Part shown: positions 24,225-32,000 of the stretch, piece after piece | How the letters are laid out: every line of letters begins with the position of its first letter | Numbering within the stretch: the first letter of the stretch is position 1 | DNA from: Synechococcus elongatus PCC 6301 | GTDB lineage: Bacteria; Cyanobacteriota; Cyanobacteriia; Synechococcales; Synechococcaceae | Direction: 5' to 3' | Length of the DNA: 32,000 nucleotides | Assembly: GCF_000010065.1 (NCBI RefSeq) | Contig: NC_006576.1 | Span: forward strand, 30,001-62,000 | The notes under the pieces: generated by a model | Seen by the model: only the letters and a program-made list of their open reading frames with translations | What the model was told of the DNA's origin: nothing | The model's database searches: none | Translations under genes and position numbers: made by a program

Positions 24225-26804
24225 TTAACGTCTCTGAATGATTACGGTTTGCGGTGCCTGTGCTAACAGATCTTTCCAGAGGGTTGTGGTGGGCAGCTGT
24301 TCCAAGGTCATCGATAGCATCACCGCTTCGATCCCTCGACTTTGCATCACATCCAATAGCACTGCTGTCACCGATCGCGCACAGATCAAGTCTGCTTGGA
24401 TGGGTTGCCGCAGGCGGTTCTCCAGTCGTCGCTGCAGCTGCTGGAGACGGTTGGCTGAAACGGTTTGTCGAGGGAGGTCGATCTGACAGAGGGAGATATC
24501 TGGATCGGTAATCAACTGCAGGATTTGTTCCAAGGGCTCGGCCAAACCTGTCTGGGGCACCTGGGCGCTGAGGGGAATCAGCCAATGGCGTAGCGGCAGA
24601 GTCGGGCGATCGCCCTGCAGGAGTGGCGCCTTGGCCAGGAATGCAGCCCCGGGTTTGACCAACAGCACCCGGCAGGGAGCCTGCTGCAAAATCTGATCAA
24701 TCCCTTCGCGGAACAGCCGTTGGGCTAAGGAAGCCCCGCCACCCCAGCCCATCACGAGATCGTTGATGTGGCGATCGCTAATCGTTTCTAGAATCGCAGC
24801 AGAAAGATCGTGACAAACCCGGACTTGCGTATGAACCGGAATCTGCCAGCGTCGGCCCAACCGCTCGGCCTGCCGCAACATTCGCCGTGCTCCAAGAGTT
24901 GAAACTGCTGTTTGAGAGGGATCGGCTTCGCGAGAGACAGGAATCAGGTGCAGACATTCCAGCTCGTAGTTCCGCAAACTGGCGAGCCCTGCCGCCAACT
25001 GCAACAGAGATTGAGCTGTGCGCGGATTGGCCAGTAGCACTAGCAGACGTCCTTGGCCGGTAGCGGGCGATCGCGTTTCGTAGGCGACGTAGGAGGGGGC
25101 GATCGGCGTCGCAGCAATATCTTGACCGCTTAGGAGTTCCGATTCGGCCCGAATGATGTCGGCTCGTGTGATGATTCCGACCAGCTTGCGGCCATCGACC
25201 ACGGGCAACCGGCTGATTTGGAAGCGGTTCAGCACGTAAAGAACGTGGGCCAGAGTGTCTTGGGGGGCAACTGTCAGCGGGTGAGGCGTCATGATTTCGC
25301 TGAGCCGCACGGACTCGCCTTTGCCTTTGAGGGTTTGTTCATCCAGATCGGAGCTGGTAACAATGCCGACTAGAGCACCTTTTTGAGTAACAGGAAAACC
25401 TCGGTGGTGAGTGCGGTTGAATTGCTGGATTACTTCAGTCAGGGGTAGGCTGGCTTCCAGAGTTTCCACAGGACTAGCCATCACCTGGGCAGCAGTCAGA
25501 CCCAAGCTGCTGTTGAGAGTTGGCAAGGCGCCAACCACTGCGGCTGCTTTGCTGGGCGATCGCGCCAAGCTGGCAATTCCATAGGCGGTAATCGAGGCCA
25601 CCATCAGCGGTAACACTGCGTTGAAATCGCGGGTCATCTCGAACACAATCACGATCGCCGTGATCGGCCCTTGGGTGACGGCGCTAAACATCGCGCCCAT
25701 ACCCGCCAAGGCATAGGTTGCCGGAGCATCGATCCGCAGCGGAATCCCAACCTGCAAAAAGATCGCCTGAATGGAAAGCACCACGCCCAGACCCAAACTG
25801 GAACCGAGCACCAGCGCTGGCGCAAAAATCCCGCCAGAAGCCCCTGATCCAGCAGCCACCAGCGTCAGACCAAAGTTGATCGCCAACATCAGCAACGCGA
25901 TCGAGCCACTGTCCGGGATGGTCACCCTAAAGGGGTTACTCAGGCCTTGCCGCAGCGCAGCAGGGAGCAACAGCAGTAGTAAGGCCGAGATCCCACTGGC
26001 GATCGCAACCCGCCAAGGCAGCCCCTTGAGCGGTAAGCGTTCATAACAGCGTTGACTGAACGCCAAGCCGCGATTGAACAAAATGCCTAGGCCCCCTGCA
26101 AACAGTCCTAAAAGTAGGACAACGGGCAGCTCAGGCACGGTCAGGGCGGCTGGAGCAGCAACAATTTCAGAGCTGAAACTCAGGCTTTGACTGCCGAGAA
26201 TTCCCGAAACAACTGCCCCAATAAAGGCTGCGAGGACTGCTGTCCCAAGGGTGAAGCTAGAGACATCATGGAGCAGTTGCTCCAGCACTAGCATCACACC
26301 GGCTAGCGGTGCATTAAAGCCAGCCGCGAGGCCAGCGGCAGCCCCGGAAGCAATCAACTGTCGTCGGTAGTCTGGCGAGGTGGGGAACCACTGGCTCATC
26401 TGACCCGCGAGGGAAGCGCCCACTTGCACGGTTGGGCCTTGCCGCCTTAGGGGCAGCCCTGAACCAACCACCAGCATCGTGCTGGCAATTTTGACGATCG
26501 CAACCCGTAGGTTCAAGGCGATGCGGCTGCCTGACAGTGCGGCTTGCACTTGGCTGATGCCGCTGCCCTCGGCTTCGGGGGCAAACCGTTGCACCAGCCA
26601 ACCGGCGATCGCGCCCAGAATCGGTGGCAAAAGGAGCTGCAGGCCAAGTGGCAGTCCCGGGCGATCGCGCAGATCTTGAACACCCGTTGCACCCAGTTTG
26701 AGCAGGAAGGCACTCGCCCCTGAAACCAGCCCGATTGCGCAAGCTTCCAGCACAGCCCACTGCTGCGCTTTAGCAAACCGTGGCGGAAAACGCAGACGAA
26801 ACAC
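24225..26804 (-). CDS. Atypical CLC-family anion channel/transporter fused to a CBS pair and two USP-like domains
   Basis: 859 aa from a GTG start (CAC at 26802-26804). The CLC TM domain spans residues 1 to about 415 (GSGISQ, RRQGPTVQ, GGIFAP). The CBS pair spans about 437-555 (…HRGFPVTQKGALVGIVTSSDL… and …ISRLPVVDGRKLVGIITRADI…). Two Rossmann-like USP-type repeats span about 585-859. Confidence 0.9.
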   Translation of the reverse strand: MFRLRFPPRFAKAQQWAVLEACAIGLVSGASAFLLKLGATGVQDLRDRPGLPLGLQLLLPPILGAIAGWLVQRFAPEAEGSGISQVQAALSGSRIALNLRVAIVKIASTMLVVGSGLPLRRQGPTVQVGASLAGQMSQWFPTSPDYRRQLIASGAAAGLAAGFNAPLAGVMLVLEQLLHDVSSFTLGTAVLAAFIGAVVSGILGSQSLSFSSEIVAAPAALTVPELPVVLLLGLFAGGLGILFNRGLAFSQRCYERLPLKGLPWRVAIASGISALLLLLLPAALRQGLSNPFRVTIPDSGSIALLMLAINFGLTLVAAGSGASGGIFAPALVLGSSLGLGVVLSIQAIFLQVGIPLRIDAPATYALAGMGAMFSAVTQGPITAIVIVFEMTRDFNAVLPLMVASITAYGIASLARSPSKAAAVVGALPTLNSSLGLTAAQVMASPVETLEASLPLTEVIQQFNRTHHRGFPVTQKGALVGIVTSSDLDEQTLKGKGESVRLSEIMTPHPLTVAPQDTLAHVLYVLNRFQISRLPVVDGRKLVGIITRADIIRAESELLSGQDIAATPIAPSYVAYETRSPATGQGRLLVLLANPRTAQSLLQLAAGLASLRNYELECLHLIPVSREADPSQTAVSTLGARRMLRQAERLGRRWQIPVHTQVRVCHDLSAAILETISDRHINDLVMGWGGGASLAQRLFREGIDQILQQAPCRVLLVKPGAAFLAKAPLLQGDRPTLPLRHWLIPLSAQVPQTGLAEPLEQILQLITDPDISLCQIDLPRQTVSANRLQQLQRRLENRLRQPIQADLICARSVTAVLLDVMQSRGIEAVMLSMTLEQLPTTTLWKDLLAQAPQTVIIQRR

Positions 26805-26950
26805 GCGTCAGGTTAGCGAAACGCTTGTGTAGCCTAGCGCGAGATCTCAATTTGCAGCGATTGAAGGGGCCGATCTGACGACCGGAGTGAGCAAGTCCCG
26901 CATAGGCTCGCCTTCACTGTTGTGGGGCAGGACGCCGATTCCCAGCTTGC

Positions 26951-28240
26951 CTACGTCGCACTGACCAGGGAAAGCGCTGGCACTGCGATCGCAGGAGTCC
27001 AGCAGTTACCCTGCCAACTCAGGTCGTTGGCCAGCTGACAGTCTTGCAAGGCAGTGTAGACATTCCCCGCCAGCATGGTGTCTTTGACTCGGCCAGTGAT
27101 GTGGCCGTTTTGAATGCGATAGCCCAGGTCAACGTTGACGGAAAAATCACCCGCTAAATCGGGACCACCGCCTAGGGTTTGATCGAGCAGAATACCATCG
27201 TCGATCGCGGCAATCAGTGCAGCCAAAGAAGCAGTGCCCGGTTCTAAGCAACAGTTGACCAGTGCCGGTTGGGGATAGCTTCCCAGCCCAGGGCGGAAAC
27301 CATTGCCCGTTTTCTCGCTTGGATGCGAACCACAACGGCGATCGCGGTAGAAGCCCTTCAAAACCCCGGCTTCAATCAGGGTGAATGTCTGGGTGCGATC
27401 GCCTGCATCATCAAAAGGACAGGCATAGGGTCCAAAGTCAGGTCTTTGGCTGAGTGTCACTGCCGGACTGAGAATGCGATTGCCCAGCCGCTCACTCCAA
27501 GGTGAGCTACCTTCCTGCACCCGTTGACCATTCAAGGCCGCTTGCACGGTGCCCCAGAGTAAATCCGTCGCTCGGGCCGCAATCACCACTGGGCGTTGCC
27601 CTTGAGGTGCTGGTACGCTTTGCTCGGCCCATTGCAAGCGCTGCAAAATTGAGGTGGTCAGGGCGTTTGGATCCAAGACTGCTTGGTCTAAGGCCTCTTC
27701 GCCAACCGCTAGAAAATCCTCGCCTCGCGTCCACTCCACCTGCAGATAGGCGCTGAGGCTAACATCCTGCTGCTGTAGATTCAGCCCCCGACTGTCGATC
27801 AGGCGCACCGCTTCCTGACTACAGGTCCATTCGCCGCTGCAGAGTACTGCCGGATAGCGGTCGCGGATGTGGGCGATCGCCGAGCGCCCTGCGGTCATCA
27901 ACGCCTCTACCGCCACCGGCGATCGCGAATCGGGAAACTGCGCCTGCCAAGGATCGGCTAAAAGCGGTTCTTCTGGATCATTGAGATCACTGAGGGCACA
28001 GGCTCGGTCGACCAATTGCTGTGGATCGACGGCGCCATAGGCCACCGCTAGCCCGGGTTTGCCCTGCCGCCACAAGCGCAGAGCGACCCCCTCCGACTGA
28101 GTGGACTCCAGTTGCTTCAGTTCATTGGCTTCGAAGTAGACCGGACGGGATTCGCTGCTCGTCCAATAGACCTCAGCCAGCTCCGCGCCCGATCGCTGTG
28201 CTAAATCTAGCAGTTGTTCCGGCTGCAATTCGCTGCTCAT
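26951..28240 (-). CDS. pmbA: TldE/PmbA-type member of the TldD/PmbA (peptidase U62) family
   Basis: 429-aa ORF with the overall family pattern (…GVALRLW…, …FDDAGDRTQ…, …GNGFRPG…, …DGILLDQTLGGGPDLAGDFS…). No HExxxH motif was found, so it resembles the non-catalytic PmbA/TldE partner rather than TldD. Confidence 0.85.
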   Translation of the reverse strand: MSSELQPEQLLDLAQRSGAELAEVYWTSSESRPVYFEANELKQLESTQSEGVALRLWRQGKPGLAVAYGAVDPQQLVDRACALSDLNDPEEPLLADPWQAQFPDSRSPVAVEALMTAGRSAIAHIRDRYPAVLCSGEWTCSQEAVRLIDSRGLNLQQQDVSLSAYLQVEWTRGEDFLAVGEEALDQAVLDPNALTTSILQRLQWAEQSVPAPQGQRPVVIAARATDLLWGTVQAALNGQRVQEGSSPWSERLGNRILSPAVTLSQRPDFGPYACPFDDAGDRTQTFTLIEAGVLKGFYRDRRCGSHPSEKTGNGFRPGLGSYPQPALVNCCLEPGTASLAALIAAIDDGILLDQTLGGGPDLAGDFSVNVDLGYRIQNGHITGRVKDTMLAGNVYTALQDCQLANDLSWQGNCWTPAIAVPALSLVSAT

Positions 28241-28243
28241 CGC

Positions 28244-29101
28244 CTACCCTAGCGGCAACTCGCGCAGCAACCAGAAACCGGCAAAGCGATCGCTGTTGGG
28301 ATCGACTTGCACGGCCAAGAAGTGCAGTCCCTTTGCCGCCTGTTTCGCAGCGTTAAACTGAGTCGCTTCCTGCTGAAGGGCTGGGACGTTCAGTGCTGCT
28401 AAAGTCCAGCGCTCACTGCCACCCGTTTCCAAGAGCAGTTGTTTGGCTGGCGAATCGTAGGTTAGCCAAGCCGGTTCCAGTCCCGAAAGCCAAGCGGCGA
28501 TCGGCATGGCGCGACTTGCAAAGATGATCAGGCCAGGAATCGGTGTCTCGTCGGGCAAATCAATCCCAGCCAGCGGGAAAGCTTCCCCAAAATCGATCCC
28601 CCATTCCCCATGCTCCGCCAGTGCCGCGAAGGGCAAATCGACAAAGGCCCAGCGATCGCCCCGCAGGGCATCAGGCAAGGGCTGGGGGGCTTCGTCGGGC
28701 ATCTGAACCCCTGCAACTGGGCCAGGGTTGTAGCCGGGATGCGTCGCATAGACCTGCTGTCGCCGCTCTTCCAGCCAGTTGTGGAGACTGACGGTTCGGC
28801 GACTGAGCTGACAGGGGAGCCCCAGATCCGTGCAGGCCTTGCGAATCATGTTGTTCATCGGCCGCCGGAAGTAGCGAATCCGATCGGGGGGCGTGCCTGC
28901 TTCGGCGATCGCGCTTTTCAAGGCATCCTGCAGCGTCACCGAGTTGACCTGATCGCCGGTGACAAAGTCGGCATAGCGAAAAGTCACGGCGGGAGCCTCA
29001 ACAGTGGTCACGGTTTCCGCGATCGCCACTTCCCAAAGCTTTTTGCCTGCCTCATCAAGGATCGGCCGCGAGTAAAAATCGAGTTCCCAAATGCGGGTCA
29101 T
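28244..29101 (-). CDS. Tab2/ATAB2-family RNA-binding protein (DUF1092)
   Basis: 285-aa ORF. The N-terminal signature WELDFYSRPILDEAGKKLWE is what I recall for cyanobacterial and plastid Tab2 homologues, which act as translation activators of psaB in Chlamydomonas. Confidence 0.8.
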   Translation of the reverse strand: MTRIWELDFYSRPILDEAGKKLWEVAIAETVTTVEAPAVTFRYADFVTGDQVNSVTLQDALKSAIAEAGTPPDRIRYFRRPMNNMIRKACTDLGLPCQLSRRTVSLHNWLEERRQQVYATHPGYNPGPVAGVQMPDEAPQPLPDALRGDRWAFVDLPFAALAEHGEWGIDFGEAFPLAGIDLPDETPIPGLIIFASRAMPIAAWLSGLEPAWLTYDSPAKQLLLETGGSERWTLAALNVPALQQEATQFNAAKQAAKGLHFLAVQVDPNSDRFAGFWLLRELPLG

Positions 29102-29104
29102 GCC

Positions 29105-29992
29105 CTACTGCGACTCCAGTTGCTTACGGGCTCGCTCAGCGCGATCGGCGGCAGAGGCTTGCAATTCCGCAACGTTTTCAAGAATTTCGCCGGGGTGATT
29201 TTCCAACACCTTGGTCGAGAGTGAAATCCGACCTTTGGTGTTGTCGATCGCCACGACCAAGGCTTGAATCGGGTCGCCAATTTTGAAGATTGCGCCGACA
29301 TCCGCCACAAATTTCTGGCTGATTTGGTTGATCGGCAGCAGCGCCGTCGCCCCTCCCAAATCAACAAAGACGCCAAAGGGTTTCAGCCCCGTCACCTTGC
29401 CGTTGATCAACTGACCGACTTCAATTTCCCGCACCAAGGCCGTGCGAGCCGCTTGCCGTTCCGACAGCACCAGCTTTTTATCGGCGCGGTTAACTTCCAA
29501 GAACGCAACCGTCAGGGTTTTACCCTTGAGGCTGTCCAAGTCTTCTTTCTCGTTCAGGTGCGATCGCGGAATAAAAGCGCGTAGCCCTTCCAGATCTGCC
29601 GTGACGCCGCCCTTGTTGCTACCGGTGACCTTGACCTGTACGGTTTGGCCGCCTTCCTGTAGCTCAGCGACGCGGGTCCAAGCCTGTTCCAAGGCCAAGG
29701 CTCGCAGGGACACCGTCACCTGGCCATCTTCGTTTTGGTCGCGGATGACGAGGAACTCAAGCTCTTCATCTTTGGGGAGATGCGCTTCCAAGTCCAATAC
29801 AGCGTGGAGAGCCGCTTCGCGCTTAGGTAAGAAGGCCGGCGCTTTGCCGCCAATGTCGATGTAGGCCCCATCGGTGCTGTATTCGCAGACCTTGCCGCGT
29901 ACCAGTTGGCCTTTTTGGGAATCCAGCGACTGGGCTTCCAAGGCTAGGGCAAAGTCGTCGTAGGAAGGGGTGTTGGCGGCAGAAGGACTCAT
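29105..29992 (-). CDS. Ribosomal protein S1-like RNA-binding protein with three S1 domains (short paralogue, rps1B/nbp1-like)
   Basis: 295-aa ORF with three OB-fold S1 repeats (GQLVRGKVCEYSTDGAYIDIGGK..., GQTVQVKVTGSNKGGVTADLEGLRAFIPRSH..., GQLINGKVTGLKPFGVFVDLGGATALLPINQ...). Confidence 0.9.
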   Translation of the reverse strand: MSPSAANTPSYDDFALALEAQSLDSQKGQLVRGKVCEYSTDGAYIDIGGKAPAFLPKREAALHAVLDLEAHLPKDEELEFLVIRDQNEDGQVTVSLRALALEQAWTRVAELQEGGQTVQVKVTGSNKGGVTADLEGLRAFIPRSHLNEKEDLDSLKGKTLTVAFLEVNRADKKLVLSERQAARTALVREIEVGQLINGKVTGLKPFGVFVDLGGATALLPINQISQKFVADVGAIFKIGDPIQALVVAIDNTKGRISLSTKVLENHPGEILENVAELQASAADRAERARKQLESQ

Positions 29993-30088
29993 ACTGTTCG
30001 GACGATGGACTTTCGCAGAATGCGGTTCTTCCTACTTTGACACTGCATTGCGATCGCTCACTAGCCCCTGAGGAGACAAGTCACGGCA

Positions 30089-30904
30089 ATGTTGCATGGA
30101 TCCATCCCCGCCGAGCGCTTCTTTCCTTACCTAAGCTGGCCTGAGATTGCGGCGCTACCCGATCCCGATCGCGTCCTGATCATTCAGCCGATCGGGGCGA
30201 TCGAGCAGCACGGTCCGCATTTGCCGCTGGTAGTGGATACCGCGATCGCAACCGCTGTGACCGGCGAGGCATTACGAAGATTGCCTGCCGAAATTGCTGC
30301 CTATGCCCTGCCAACCCTCTGCTACGGCAAATCCAACGAACATTGCCAGTTTCCGGGCACGATCAGGCTGCGGACAGAAACCCTGCTGGCCGTTTTGATC
30401 GACAGCGCTCACAGCCTCTATGCTGCGGGGTTCCGGCGACTGATCTGGCTAAATGGCCATGGGGGGCAGCCCCAGGTTTTGCAACTCGCGGCTCGTGATC
30501 TGCGCGAACAATTTCCAGGTTTCGAAGTTCTGCCACTGTTCGTCTGGAATGTACCCAACCAGATTGGTGAGCTGTTGACACCTCGCGAGCAGACTTTGGG
30601 TCTCCATGCTGGCGATGCGGAAACCAGCCTGATGCTGCATCTGCTGCCCGATCAGGTGCGAATGGATCAGGCGATCGCGGAATATCCGCCAGACTTGGAT
30701 GCTGAGGGTTTGCTGAGCTGGGAAGGCAATCTGCCGATCGCTTGGCTGACCCATGACCTCAGCCAGAGCGGTGTCATTGGCGATCCAACCCCAGCAACCG
30801 CTGCGAAAGGGGCAGAAATTTTTGAGCAATTGGTGCAGGGTTGGGTGCAAGTGCTGACGGTGATCGCCCACTGGCAGCGATCGTCCCTGCTGCCACCAAA
30901 GTAA
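30089..30904 (+). CDS. Creatininase-family metal-dependent amidohydrolase
   Basis: 271-aa ORF with GAGGAG 12 nt upstream of the start. Family signature IQPIGAIEQHGPHLPLVVDT, plus GHGGQ and HAGDAETS blocks. Confidence 0.85.
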   Translation: MLHGSIPAERFFPYLSWPEIAALPDPDRVLIIQPIGAIEQHGPHLPLVVDTAIATAVTGEALRRLPAEIAAYALPTLCYGKSNEHCQFPGTIRLRTETLLAVLIDSAHSLYAAGFRRLIWLNGHGGQPQVLQLAARDLREQFPGFEVLPLFVWNVPNQIGELLTPREQTLGLHAGDAETSLMLHLLPDQVRMDQAIAEYPPDLDAEGLLSWEGNLPIAWLTHDLSQSGVIGDPTPATAAKGAEIFEQLVQGWVQVLTVIAHWQRSSLLPPK

Positions 30905-30978
30905 ATACCGCTAGAGTGTAGATTGGTGCGTACCCCCTGGGATCCACCAAATCCCACATTCTCCCTCTCATCCGTGTC

Positions 30979-30984
30979 AGGAGA
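30979..30984 (+). promoter_or_regulatory. Shine-Dalgarno AGGAGA for ado
   Basis: Located 10 nt upstream of the ATG at 30995. Confidence 0.6.
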
Positions 30985-30994
30985 CCGCAGACTC

Positions 30995-31690
30995 ATGCCG
31001 CAGCTTGAAGCCAGCCTTGAACTGGACTTTCAAAGCGAGTCCTACAAAGACGCTTACAGCCGCATCAACGCGATCGTGATTGAAGGCGAACAAGAGGCGT
31101 TCGACAACTACAATCGCCTTGCTGAGATGCTGCCCGACCAGCGGGATGAGCTTCACAAGCTAGCCAAGATGGAACAGCGCCACATGAAAGGCTTTATGGC
31201 CTGTGGCAAAAATCTCTCCGTCACTCCTGACATGGGTTTTGCCCAGAAATTTTTCGAGCGCTTGCACGAGAACTTCAAAGCGGCGGCTGCGGAAGGCAAG
31301 GTCGTCACCTGCCTACTGATTCAATCGCTAATCATCGAGTGCTTTGCGATCGCGGCTTACAACATCTACATCCCAGTGGCGGATGCTTTTGCCCGCAAAA
31401 TCACGGAGGGGGTCGTGCGCGACGAATACCTGCACCGCAACTTCGGTGAAGAGTGGCTGAAGGCGAATTTTGATGCTTCCAAAGCCGAACTGGAAGAAGC
31501 CAATCGTCAGAACCTGCCCTTGGTTTGGCTAATGCTCAACGAAGTGGCCGATGATGCTCGCGAACTCGGGATGGAGCGTGAGTCGCTCGTCGAGGACTTT
31601 ATGATTGCCTACGGTGAAGCTCTGGAAAACATCGGCTTCACAACGCGCGAAATCATGCGTATGTCCGCCTATGGCCTTGCGGCCGTTTGA
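30995..31690 (+). CDS. ado: Aldehyde-deformylating oxygenase (ferritin-like non-haem di-iron enzyme, alkane biosynthesis)
   Basis: The track ORF begins at a GTG at 30923. The true start is the ATG at 30995 ([36 protein letters not shown]..., 231 aa). Di-iron ligand pattern E...ExxH twice: [34 protein letters not shown]. The sequence is recognised as S. elongatus PCC 7942 orf1593. Confidence 0.97.
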
Positions 31691-31704
31691 TCCAGGAAAT
31701 CTGA

Positions 31705-32000
31705 ATGTTCGGTCTTATCGGTCATCTCACCAGTTTGGAGCAGGCCCGCGACGTTTCTCGCAGGATGGGCTACGACGAATACGCCGATCAAGGATTGGAG
31801 TTTTGGAGTAGCGCTCCTCCTCAAATCGTTGATGAAATCACAGTCACCAGTGCCACAGGCAAGGTGATTCACGGTCGCTACATCGAATCGTGTTTCTTGC
31901 CGGAAATGCTGGCGGCGCGCCGCTTCAAAACAGCCACGCGCAAAGTTCTCAATGCCATGTCCCATGCCCAAAAACACGGCATCGACATCTCGGCCTTGGG
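31705..32000 (+). CDS. aar: Acyl-ACP reductase, N-terminal 98 aa only (the gene runs off the right edge)
   Basis: Absent from the ORF track because it is open-ended. The ATG at 31705 lies 14 nt after the ado stop codon, with AGGAA at 31694-31698. The translation [69 protein letters not shown]... is recognised as orf1594. Confidence 0.97.
   Translation, partial: MFGLIGHLTSLEQARDVSRRMGYDEYADQGLEFWSSAPPQIVDEITVTSATGKVIHGRYIESCFLPEMLAARRFKTATRKVLNAMSHAQKHGIDISAL

Larger units (their letters stand above)
518..31353. repeat. Dispersed HIP1 octamer palindrome GCGATCGC (highly iterated palindrome 1)
   Basis: A manual scan located 87 exact copies, for example at 518, 833, 1164, 1873, 3161, 4828, 5019, 5066 ... 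30671, 31346. This is a hand count and a few may be missed. A random 8-mer would be expected about 0.5 times in 32 kb. Copies occur in coding and non-coding DNA on both strands. Confidence 0.95.

Noticed and set aside
26805-26950. Possible fluoride (crcB-type) riboswitch upstream of the atypical ClC, and likewise upstream of the canonical ClC at 9595-9636
   Set aside because: Neither leader contains the conserved CUGAUGAUGCC or GGCGAUGG elements. Neither ClC shows the CLC-F signature changes.
28610-29224. 204-aa plus-strand ORF opposite the Tab2 and S1 genes. Similar cases occur at 18848-19384 opposite mnmE and at 13166-13540, 24238-24511 and 26314-26760 in other frames of real genes.
   Set aside because: These overlap strongly supported genes in antisense or alternative frames. 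They have low-complexity Arg/Gly/Pro-rich translations and no family resemblance.
30923-30994. GTG-initiated 24-codon N-terminal extension of ado, as given in the ORF track
   Set aside because: The known protein starts MPQLEAS at the ATG at 30995, which has a good AGGAGA SD. The extension would cover that SD and has no conservation that I recognise.
1-32000. Search for tRNA/rRNA genes, CRISPR arrays, IS elements/transposases, integrases, prophage or defence-island genes
   Set aside because: I found no T-arm (GGTTCGAATCC) or anticodon-stem patterns, no regularly spaced direct repeats of 25-40 nt, and no ORF with transposase, integrase, nuclease-helicase or toxin-antitoxin hallmarks. The only iterated element is the 8-bp HIP1 palindrome, which is irregularly spaced.

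Overview
This is a cyanobacterial chromosomal window, almost certainly Synechococcus elongatus PCC 7942/6301. The evidence is the extreme density of the HIP1 palindrome GCGATCGC, plus PacS, aldehyde-deformylating oxygenase and acyl-ACP reductase protein sequences that I recognise from memory. No database search was possible.

I can support 25 protein genes, including two that are cut by the window edges, and two low-confidence small ORFs. I found no rRNA, tRNA, CRISPR array, transposase, integrase or phage genes.

Gene order, left to right:
- pacS (partial, minus strand)
- a 612-nt structured spacer
- a co-directional plus-strand string: MIP channel, GMC flavoprotein, glucose-1-dehydrogenase-like SDR, GH63-like glucosidase, GH133-type debranching enzyme, canonical ClC
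- argS and tatC (minus strand)
- a CX5R phosphatase, a membrane-anchored hypothetical protein and an M14 carboxypeptidase
- mnmE, a DUF2062 gene and selO, packed with overlapping or abutting ends
- an Amidase_2 gene, an orphan histidine kinase and a DUF1036 gene
- a large ClC-CBS-USP fusion
- a tightly coupled S1 / Tab2(DUF1092) / PmbA operon
- a creatininase-family gene, then the ado-aar alkane module, with aar truncated at the right edge

Most noteworthy observations:
1. The 859-aa ClC paralogue has Gln at both proton-pathway glutamate positions and Phe at the central tyrosine. It also carries a CBS pair and two USP-like domains. This predicts an uncoupled, ligand-regulated anion channel that is uncharacterised as far as I know.
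2. The GMC / Gdh-like / GH63 / GH133 / ClC string looks like an uncharacterised glucan-to-oxidised-glucose route. Its left part (MIP, GMC, SDR) is strongly HIP1-depleted and more AT-rich, which suggests a mosaic or acquired origin.
3. The S1-Tab2-PmbA tricistron has identical TAG-NNN-ATG junctions.
4. The ado-aar hydrocarbon module is well described since 2010 and is not novel.

All functional calls rest on motif recognition by eye, and all counts are hand counts.
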